64,000 nucleotides of DNA from contig NMRA01000411.1 in assembly GCA_002633005.1 (NCBI GenBank), positions 229,083-293,082 on the forward strand, given 5' to 3'. Source of the stretch: Phoronis australis. Lineage: Eukaryota; Animalia; Phoronida. Below are positions 53,854 to 64,000 of the stretch, piece after piece. Position 1 is the stretch's first letter. Each line of letters opens with the position of its first letter. The notes below the pieces were generated by a model, which saw only the letters and a program-made list of their open reading frames with translations, had not been told where the DNA came from and did no database searches. A program made the position numbers and the translations under genes.

Positions 53854-56800
53854 CATTTGGTAGTACTGATCAGACTTGATGTATTTGCACTAACTGTGGG
53901 CTTGTGACTCTGAAACTCTTATAAATTAATTCGAGTTGTTATATGCTTGCTAAAACATCCTCACAGAATGTCCAGTTACCGTAGCGTTGGCCTGTTCACA
54001 TGAAGCATCACTCTGATTGCTATAAATTTTTTAGCCTCTCACTGAATGCTGCTGTGTTAAGTGACTTACCGTCGTGTGGAATACTGAATTATTTAACTTT
54101 CCAAAATACAGCAGTGGAAGTAGCCCTTTGGAGACTATGTTACAACTGCAAGGAACTGTTAATAAATATGAACTGCTAGGGAAATATTGAGTTATATATT
54201 GACCGAGCATTGTTGCTGGTTTCGGTCAGAGTGGGGTTATTTTTTCAATAATCTTGAACGGATAGCTGCTACTGGTCAGTGACCAATATTTGAGAAAGTG
54301 ACTGTATATTTGTTGATGGGTGACACATGCCTGGAGTCTACCTTGTCATGTGTTATAACTTATCTTGAACATGCCTAAACTATTCTGGCCTTTTAAAGTA
54401 GCATTTTTAAGCATGCACTGCTTAAGGAACTTGAAAAAATATACCAGACAGTGACTTTTGTCCCGTTTTTTAAGTTACCGTACTACTTTTCTCTTAGAAA
54501 TCATGTTTGTTACAAAGCATGTCCAATGTTCATTCATTCCTGTTCTGCTGCTATCAGACGTGTACTGATGACCTGGCAAGCTGTATTCTGGTACAAAACG
54601 ACAAATGTTTTGTTGGATAGGTTAACAGAAATGGTTACAAAGTATGCCTTTCTGATTATTCGTTATTAGAGTCTAGGAGTGTCCATGGAGTGGCTGGTCA
54701 TAGGTTGGGTATTAATGGGCTGATTTGGAAATATAGGTCGCACAGTTGTGAGTAAGGTCTTGGGAATTCAGGGTAAGGGACAGGTACGGTAACTATTCGA
54801 CAGGTTGGACAGTTTTTAGTACAGGAAAATTCAAACCAAAATTGAATTTTCTTTATTCTAAAAAAAATGGAATATAGGCGATTTCGGTGTTCACCAAATT
54901 TCTTTAAAGTCTGGGAATAGACTGGGTGTAGTTTGTAAATTTGTTGAAAATAGCCCTCGACGCAATGGTTCAAGATCAGGTCAGTTTAAGCCTCAGTTTG
55001 ATTTTGTGATACATGGAAAAATTATGGTATTCGTCCGGATTATCTCCCACACCTGAAGTTTTCAAGTTTTGCTTTAAAACACCTGTCCTTAGCTAAATCC
55101 TGCACTTTATATGGCCAAGATCTGCTTTAAAGTTTCAGTGTCTTTGTGAATGGTTGTTTCACGAAATCGTCAGCTCTCTAAACACATGTCACTCTCTTAT
55201 CTTTGAGTAATGAATAATCTGTTTCAGCAGTTTCTTGATCTTATTGGTTGGAAAATATCCACTCTTTACTGTAGGAGATGTGATATGCTTCTTTTGGTTT
55301 GATTTCATTCTAATGTCGTACTTGTGTACAGAAACTGTTAAAGGTATTTGAGCGAGCAGATGGATCATTTGAGTTACGCCAAACCTCGGGTTTTTAAAAA
55401 ATTTTTGTTTTAAAATGTCTTAGCTAGGGTCACTGCCCTCTCCTTGAATCAAAAGACTTGCTTGTGCTTTGTACAAGTGGAATATGGTACAAGAGTGTCT
55501 GATCATAAGTCACTCAGTGGGAAGGTAGATCTGCCTTCTCTCTTGTGGGCAGCTTGTAAGAAGACAGATCTGACCTCGTAATGAGCGGTCAATTTTTCTC
55601 TGATGGCGCATCAAATAGCTTTACTGTTGGTATGGCTGACTATTAGTTAGGTTGGGGTTCTCCACGTGTGAGAAAAATGGGAATTCCACGGGCTAGCTTA
55701 CAGTAGGTAGTTATTGTTAATATGTGGCAAAACCAAGTTTTTGCCTTACCACATGGTCGACACATATGTCAGGTGTGTTGGAGCACCTGCCCGGGACCTG
55801 GTAGCAAAGGTTCACTCACAGCGCGGGCATTGTGCTAGAGACATAAAGTCAGTTCACTGACAGTTGAACTGGGAATACAGTTGTTGAGCTTGAGGTCAAG
55901 TGAAGGGTATACTTTTGTTTTTCAAATGTCTGGTGCTCATCCATTTTTTGAATTTAAAAAGATGTAACATCTGCTTGGGCAGAGTATTTTCATGGTGAGC
56001 TGCGACTCAAGTTTTGCATTGTTTCTCGACAATTTAGAACATAATGTGCTGGCCAACTCCTGAAATTTCATTTTTCATTGCAGATAAGCTAATTTCACCC
56101 TTTTATCAAAATTTTAGATTTAGACCAGTCTAACCGTTACGAAATTGGTGTTGAATGGATTTTTATTACAGTAATTTAAATAGTTATGATTTCTGGGCAT
56201 TTTTTTCAGTGAGCATGGTCTCATGGAATGGTGAGCTGTCAGTTCTGTGCCAGACCAAAAATCAATTCCCATTGTGCGAGTAACAAACCTCAGACTAATT
56301 TCACTGAGTACGGATTTATTGCCATTTTAAGTTCCGTATCTGCACGGTAGCTGTGAGAGAGTGCTTAGAAAAACTGGAAATAAATTCTCTGCAAGAGTCA
56401 TGAAAAATGAAGCAATGACAGTTTTACCATAAACTAACAAAAGTTTGGTTTTGTTCAAAAAATGATGCCAGTGGCAGTGGTAATGGAGTAGTCGATAAAA
56501 GGTGCGACCAATATTGATTACATCGATACCCTTATGTAGAACTTTTGATCTCCTATTAAGTGGAATGCGACACTCTCAGCAGTGGGCGCTGTCTGCCAAA
56601 TTGATGGTGAAAATCCAGCTATTTAGACCATAGACATTCTGATATCTCTGATCTCCACATTTCAAGTAAGCCCTAACACCTTGATTATTTGATGAGTCGC
56701 AAATCAGTGGTGAAAAACTAATGATCACATATTCCTCGAGCTTTCATTAGTGTGATAGACAACTGACCAGAGGCTACTTTGATCACTGCAGGGTGCAGAT

Positions 56801-57300
56801 CATCATCGAAGAAATCGGGCGGTCCCTTTTTGACTGACACGATGTGGTTGTGTGTTTCCGAGGAAAAAATTGCCTCGCTGGCGGGGGCTTCGTAAATAAT
56901 TTTGAATTTTGGTGTGAAAATAAGGGATGTTGGTTCTAAATTGTTTTGTTCAGCTGAGCAGTATTTGGTCTTCATAGCCAGTAAATGTGCACAGACTTTT
57001 TAGAAGCGGGTCACATTGTCTAGACCGGACAGTGAAGGGAGGTGAGGCCATGGGAGAACTCATCCTGTCAGCACTGTGGTGCGACACTGTACTGCACAAC
57101 CATTATGTCATCCACATTTAGGATTTGGTGTGGGTTGGAAGTACAATAGGTAACTGTATGAGTAGCCATGCAATATTGAAATTCATTATCCGGCAGACGA
57201 CAATCAGGTCTTTGGTGGACAGGCGTTAGCGCCACCTACAGATCCCATATAATGCAGAGGGGGTTATATGTCTGTAGGTGACACCTTTTGTGCTATCATA

Positions 57301-57639
57301 ATGCCAGCAAATGCCCTCTGTTGTGAGGTGGGATGTACTAATGCTTTATGGGGAAAAGGCAATTCCCTCTTGAAATATGCATGAATGAACAAGGACATCA
57401 TGTTCCACAGATTTCCGACTGCAGTTGATAAAGCGGAAGATTTTCAATCCCAGCCTATGTATGTCGTAATGCTAAACTAAGTGAACGTAATAAACCACTG
57501 CAGTTTATGTGGGAGTTGAATTTCTGTCCACCAAGGAGTCGGGATCAAACAGAAGTCACTTTTGTGCTCTCATTATTCTAGAGAGCACCAATATGAAAAG
57601 CTCCCTATTTGTGTTCTGTTCAAGTCCTGCTGTTGTTAA
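57301..57639 (+). pseudogene. Decayed THAP (C2CH) zinc-finger coding sequence, probable DNA-transposon relic
   Basis: One frame from ATG 57301: MPANALCCEVGCTN...*MNKDIMFHRFPT...*...*...KSLLCSHY; canonical C-x4-C and FHRFP, later CSH; in-frame stops at 57382, 57478 and 57517. Confidence 0.7.
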
Positions 57640-59930
57640 TATTCAGGCTGGGTTCTGAAGTTTTTTTGCATTTTGCTTAGGGCGATAGACATAACTTTTG
57701 TTCTCGGCTGACTGAAGCAGCTTTTGTGGAAAGTAGGCTTAAGTTTCAAGTTGGAAAACCGGTCTGTGACTTCAAGTCTAGACAACTAAAATATGACATC
57801 TGTTCTGGCATAGATGAAAGACGAAAGTTTCAAAAAAGCACAGAACATAAGCTTAAATTTTAGAAAGCTGTTGTGTATGAAGGCAGACTTCCGACTTCTC
57901 CAAAACGAAGCTCAATTCTTTTCGTTCCTGTGGCTTCTCACATTTTGTTTGGTGACATTTTCACAATTTAGCTTGCATCTAGATAGTACGATGAATTCAC
58001 TTATTTAGAATACAATTGGCGGATTAGTGAAACTCCATTTAGCCAAATTTATGAACAAAAATAAATATTGAGAAAATCTTAGTCTGTTGTTTGTTTAGTT
58101 TGTAGTTTGCAGATGCTGTAAAACAACATTTGTTAGAGTTTATAGTATTTACATTAAAGTGATTAGCCATTGAAATATAGAAATATGACAATTTTAGGAA
58201 TTTTTTGGTTTCTTAATTAAAGGTTGGTTATTGTAATTCGTTAATTTCTCTCAAAATATTTATCAAAATGACTGTTATTCATTTTTCAGATGTTGATCAT
58301 ATCTCTGGAAATAGCGGAGACATTTCAAAATGTTGTTTTATGACCTCTGCACATTAAATACAATATTACTCATAGTCTTTTGTTGATATCTATTTTTGTT
58401 GAGCAATTTAACAAAAATGAACTTTCATTTGTCCACCAAATTGTGCGCTAAATGGGCAAGAAATTACCACGTGTGAGCTTCCAAACCACCAAAGGCACAC
58501 TGTTTGAAAAACAAGTTTTTATGGAGAAAATGGAGACAATGTTAGTGTGTTTTCCTTCGTATATCTGTTTTAGTGACAACAACATCATAGTGATAAGAGA
58601 GACTATGTAGTATACAAATAGTTACCTCTTTGGTTTAGCACACAACCTTTCTCTGTAGTCGTCTATATCTTCATGTCAGCACGTTGCTTCACAACTGGAT
58701 ACACAACTTTTTAAATTTGATGTAATCTCACAAATTATGACTCAATGAGAGTACATTCAATTTTTTTAATTCATAAAGGTGGCGCTACATTACGTAATGT
58801 TTTATCAAATTCAAACTCTATATGATAGCTACCGACACTTCCATGGCAATGCCGGTCAAACCTTTGAAAAATTATGAAAGAGCAATTTTGGCAATACCTG
58901 TCAGAAATGGGTGAAATTTCAGTGTGACCCATTCACTTCACTGCAGTATAGCTTCTTCTAAGATGAAATTTTCTGGCTGGAATAAATTTTTTGGTTGTCT
59001 TTGTTCTCCCATCTGTCGCTGGTTTCCTGCAAATTGAGTTGTTGATTGGCAACCTCCCTTGTTGGTACTGAGTTGAGTTTTGTTGCTTACTGTATCAGTC
59101 ATCTGGCTGGTATGTAAAAAACGTGACTTCCCATTGCTTCCGTTTAGAAAGTATGTTATAAATAGCATTATTCAGTTTCCATTCACTAGTTTAGAAAAAC
59201 TACCTGTGACTTCCGTCTGTGTATAAAAAAATGTTGTTTATAGCGTTGTACTGTTTCCATTCAAAAATCGGGAGGGGGGGGAGGGTTAAAACTGATTACT
59301 GATGATGTTCGCATCTTGTTTAACCTTGTCCAAAACCCATCAAAGCTAGGTCAGTGACTGCATACTTGTGGTCAGGGTGATTCTGGAATTGATGCAGTTA
59401 TTATATTTGTAATGTTGACGATCATCTCCAGCTGTGTTTTGAGTGTATCGGACTTGTAATTTTTTGGTCTCGTGGTAGGACTGTGTATGTCCACGCGGTG
59501 TAGTTATCAAATTATACATAGTCATGTATTGAACCACAGTGACCTCAACTGACTTGGTTGTCATTTTTCGTATCATTTGATCTAACCATCGTCTTGAGTC
59601 GAGTGTTTGCCGAAATGTTCATCTTTAAAAAGAAAAGTACATTTGAGGAAAAACAGGTGTATTAATAACAACCTGGCGAATTTTTTTAATGTTAATATTC
59701 AACAGTGAATTAAATTTCAAAAACGGTGTTACTTGTTTTTAAAACATTTTGGAGAACAGTGCATACAAGGTTTCCATTAGAATTCGATTTCCTAATCCTG
59801 TTCTGGGGTGTGATGTTCTGAAGATAGCCAAATTTTGTAATTTTTCCAGGGAAACGAAAACCCTAGGTTGTCATGTGTACTTGAGAAACCCATTGCAGGA
59901 GTTCTACTATTTTGTTATTTTCTTTTTCAG

Positions 59931-60045
59931 AGTCTTGAGCTCTGGATGATAAACCAGGTGGTTTGAGATCGCAGGAATAGAGGGACTTCCTTGTTGACCT
60001 TATGAGACTTGAAGGAAATCAGTGCCTGTGATTCTGCACTCGTTG
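59931..60045 (+). other. Candidate non-coding (5'UTR/lncRNA) exon, 115 nt
   Basis: Long polypyrimidine acceptor TTTTCTTTTTCAG ending 59930, TTG|GTAAGA donor; stops in all three frames. Confidence 0.5.
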
Positions 60046-60805
60046 GTAAGACTTTACTCTCTTACTCCTATAGATACTCTCTCCACTTACGTAGGTCTTT
60101 TTAGTAAAAAACCTTGAAACGACTTATAATGCAAGCCAAGTAAAATTGCTGCCATGCGATTGCCTGTCAGTGTAACACGAAACGTGGATATCTTAAACAT
60201 TTTCTTTATTTTATGTTTCCTGCTACTAGTTGTTTTAACATAAATCATAAGAATTTAATTTAGAGGTACTTCAATTGAATAAATTTGCAGCTGCTAGCAG
60301 TGACGAGTGCGATTGGGATTTGTGAGGAAATTTTTTTTTTGGAAAATACTCAATGATCTATGAACGGAATTTTGGCGTTTTTCAGTATATTTTGCTGTTC
60401 TCATCCAAAGTCGGCAAAATTTTTGTTTTTGAAATTTGAATTATGCAAGTCATCTTCTCACATTTTTGACATTTGCTTGTGTGTATTGCTATGTTGACAT
60501 TTTATTTATACGTCACAATCTCTGCATATTTCTCACACGACTCAGGCGTGGGTACCTGATGTCTCACCATGCCAGCCTGGGGCTGTGCGCCTAGTAAAGG
60601 TTACAGGTTGGAGTTTTTCTGTTAATAACTCTGTATCCGCATAGTCTAAACAGGGATCACATCTCGTCTACAAATGTCAGGCACCCACTCGCAGTGGGAG
60701 AACAACGACAAAAAATGGAAATAATGCAAGCTATTTTCTCATAAAGCTTTAATGTTTTATTTTTGTGAGGTTAGTCTACATCCCTGAGAGTCCATTTGCT
60801 CATTT

Positions 60806-61810
60806 CTATCAATTATTCCCATGAAAAACTTTTGGTAGTCATAACTGTATTGTTTGTAGTGTAGATGGGTTAGAGAGAATGGCTCCTTTGTTATGAAATA
60901 AGTAGTGGACTTTTCTTATCGATTTTCGTTATCAGTTTTCAAAGCAAATGTGTTCAACCCTTGTTGTCTTCTGGAATCTTCTTAACAATCACAACAACAG
61001 CATTACTACATTTTGATTGATTGATCCACTGGGTAGCCTGCTTACTTGGTCACAAATTTCAAAACCCCTAACGATGTGTTGGCAGAGGTTGTCCTTAAAA
61101 TGAAATTCTGTTTTATAAATTTCAACTTAATCTGGTTTTGTCACCTGATGTTGCAATCTCCAGATCAGATGTTCAAGTGTTGAACTTTATTTGTGTAGCT
61201 GCAAAAACATTTCAAAGTCAGTTTTGTGATTCAAGGCGAGTGGTCTTTCACCACAACCGCCGTTAACAGTACTGTGCACATGCTCACACGCGCATGCACA
61301 CACACACACACACACANCTGTCAATTATTCCCATGAAAACCTTTTGATAGTCATAACTGTATTGTTTGTAGTGTAGATGGGTTAGAGAGAATGGCTCCTT
61401 TGTTATGAAATAAGTAGTGGACTTTTCTTATCGATTTTCGTTATCAGTTTTCAAAGCAAATGTGTTCAACCCTTGTTGTCTTCTGGAATCTTCTTAACAA
61501 TCACGAAAACAGCATTACTACATTTTGATTGATTGATCCACTGGGTAGCCTGCTTACTTGGTCACAAATTTCAAAACCCCTAACGATGTGTTGGCAGAGG
61601 TTGTCCTTAAAATGAAATTCTGTTTTAGAAATTTCAACTTTATCTGGTTTTGTCACCTGATGTTGCAATCTCCAGATCAGATGTTAAAGTGTTGAACTTT
61701 ATTTGCATAGCTGCAAAAACATTTCAAAGTCAGTTTTGTGATTCAAGGCGAGTGGTCTTTCACCACAACCGCCACTAACAGTACTGTGCGCATGCTCACA
61801 TGCACGCACA

Positions 61811-61863
<53 letters not shown>
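60806..61863. other. Scaffold junction (N at 61317) with ~510-bp allelic duplication ending in (CA)n
   Basis: 60806-61316 is repeated from 61318 with scattered SNPs; the first copy breaks inside the CA repeat. Confidence 0.93.
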
Positions 61864-61867
<4 letters not shown>

Positions 61868-61869
61868 AC

Positions 61870-62010
61870 CTTTTTGTTTACGACTTTTTATCTCAAAAGT
61901 CAGAACACTTGTCTAGACATTCTCGATTAGTCGTATAAGACGGGTATAATATACGATTATCGTTTACGACAGTCGTACATGAAGTCATATCAGAGTCTAC
62001 AAACAGGGCT
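61870..62010 (-). mobile_element. Family H2 copy 2 (truncated)
   Basis: Reverse complement AAAGCCCTGTTTG...TACGACTGTCG...GACTAATCGAGAATGTCTAGACAAGTG...AAAAAGT aligns to 12545-12660. Confidence 0.65.
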
Positions 62011-62114
62011 TTACAAGATGCTTACCAATTTATTTACTTATACAGATTTTTACCATCATGTTAAGGATTGGTAAAACTGACATAGTGTTACTAGTAACTC
62101 TTAATATCTGTTAA

Positions 62115-62438
62115 AGAGACGTTATTGGTGAGAAAAAGGATTTTCCGAAATCAGCCTCAGCCAGGAATCCAACCTGAAACCCCTGCGGTGGCAGTCTAAT
62201 GCTCTACACCATGGAGCTAAATCCCGTTGGCAAAATGGCAGAGTATTTAAGTGTTTGTAACTGATTAAGGACTGACCTTGATTTCAGCATATGTCTGGCA
62301 TGCAATGGCGAGAATTGGATATTTGTAATAAAATTACAAAAACACTACAGATTTTGTTGCTTTGCAACTCTGGTCAGAGCTAATAACTTCAGTAAGCCCC
62401 AAAATGCATTTTTCGATAGTTAAACTAACAATGTCCCT
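62115..62438 (-). mobile_element. Family K copy 5 (best preserved), Kolobok-like MITE with tRNA-like insert
   Basis: TTAA|AGAGAC...GTCCCT|TTAA; minus strand 62225-62155 reads GGGATTTAGCTCCATGGTGTAGAGCATTAGACTGCCACCGCAGGGGTTTCAGGTTGGATTCCTGG, with A-box-like, D-stem GCTC/GAGC, B-box-like and T-stem CAGG/CCTG features. Confidence 0.85.
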
Positions 62439-62981
62439 TTAAGAGGCTGGGAGACAGATGGCAAAAAGAAGTTTGGTTATTTGCTATTCAAAGTCAAATT
62501 TATATTCTGAACATTGATTGGGTAATTAGCTTGACATGTTTTGTCATTGAATTTTAATTTTAATTGCCAGTTCAGGCAGATCATTCATTTGCAAATGATA
62601 TTGTTTATGGATGAAAAGATAGCAGACAAAGGTTATTGTTCATATATTATTGGACACGTTTTATTTACATTTCTGAGTGATATTCATTGTTTCCTTCAAA
62701 CTCATGAAGATGACTCAAATTTTTAGATGACATTTACAATTCAGCGTCCACAATAAGAAAAATTTTTGCCATTCATACAAACATGCGGTGAATTTTGTAG
62801 CTTATCCAGGCAAGCTTCTGTAGACATTCACTACACTAAGTTATGTACTTGGAATGACATCGGGTTATCATGTCATGAAACAGAACTGGGTTAATCACCA
62901 GAAGACAGAAAATGAACTGGACAATCTCGGGTCATTTAATTTCTGATTGCTAGGCCAAATTACTTGCAAGCACAACATATA

Positions 62982-64000
62982 GCGACGATGTGAATAGGAA
63001 GTACGTTGAACATTGCCAAATGTTTTTAAGAACGAGTTTTTTGGCTAAAATGATCACCTGCAAATCACTGAACTGTGTCCAGTAAGTGTTGCCACCTGGT
63101 GCTGAGGACTGGCGCTGCTTGATGGGCTATGTGAGCCCCCAAGTTACGTCATTATTAGTGTAAAGATCACTTATTTGTAGAATTTTTTGTTTTCGCATTC
63201 ACATGTCAATAGATACAACTGCACTTCGTTTAGTGTAGATTATGTCAAAGTATGTCAAAGTACCATTGTCGTTTAGTTCCTGCTTTACTGTGGCATAGTT
63301 AAGAGTTTGCGAATACATCTATAATGTGTCACGGACTCACTAAGTTTGTTTTAGCAATTCAAATTGTATTGGTACTGTATAAAATTTGAGCTTCTATATC
63401 AAAATATTCGTCACACCTTGATTGATATCCACGTTTGTTACCTGTATTCCATAATTCTCATTCTGTCACTCATTACAAATGTGGGTCATTTGTCGTAAAT
63501 ATGGGTCATTTTATTATTGAAGTCTCAAAAGTGATGGTCATAGCATATGGCATAAAGTGAATGTATGGACTGCACTATCATAGTTGAGCGGCGGCAAACT
63601 ACCCAACAATTTTTGAGTGACTGAAATTTTACAGCCTGTGAAAGCCAACTGACCCCTGGTGACAGGTCTACACAGTTGCNGCGACGATGTGAATAGGAAG
63701 TACGTTGAACATTGCCAAATGTTTTTAAGAACGAGTTTTTTGGCTAAAATGATCACCTGCAAATCACTGAACCGTGTTCAGTAAGTGTCGCCACCTGGTG
63801 CTGAGGACTGGCGCTGCTTGATGGGCTATGTGAGCCCCCAAGTTACGTCATTATTAGTGTAAAGATCACTTATTTGTAGAATTTTTTGTTTTCGCATTCA
63901 CATGTCAAAAGATACAACTGCACTTCGTTTAGTGTAGATTATGTCAAAGTATGTCAAAGTACCATTGTCGTTTAGTTCCTGCTTTACTGTGGCATAGTTA
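62982..64000. other. Scaffold junction (N at 63680) with allelic duplication running off the window
   Basis: 62982-63301 is repeated at 63681-64000 with a few SNPs. Confidence 0.92.

Noticed and set aside
62155-62225. Functional tRNA gene or a standard tRNA-SINE
   Set aside because: Acceptor and anticodon stems do not pair, the anticodon differs among copies, and homology extends well upstream within a TTAA-bounded element.

Overview
AT-rich, non-coding eukaryotic (metazoan, plausibly mollusc/lophotrochozoan) genomic DNA from a heterozygous draft scaffold. I could not identify any intact protein-coding exon; the listed ORFs are chance or repeat artefacts. The window contains: (i) several dispersed MITE families, the most striking being a ~320-340 bp TTAA-flanked (Kolobok-like) element in 5 copies that carries an internal tRNA-like segment; (ii) two decayed coding relics, a THAP zinc-finger (57.3 kb, possibly with a head-to-head partner) and a Ulp1/C48-protease-like remnant (18 kb); (iii) many micro- and minisatellites, including a 44-bp array that starts inside a hairpin; (iv) four single-N scaffold junctions where both haplotypes are written in tandem, one of which appears to capture a TE presence/absence polymorphism; (v) candidate promoters and short UTR-like exons on the + strand, recurrent TTACGTAA/CACGTG motifs, and a CpG-rich to CpG-poor transition suggesting a long + strand gene whose coding part lies outside the window. 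All alignments and counts were done by eye.
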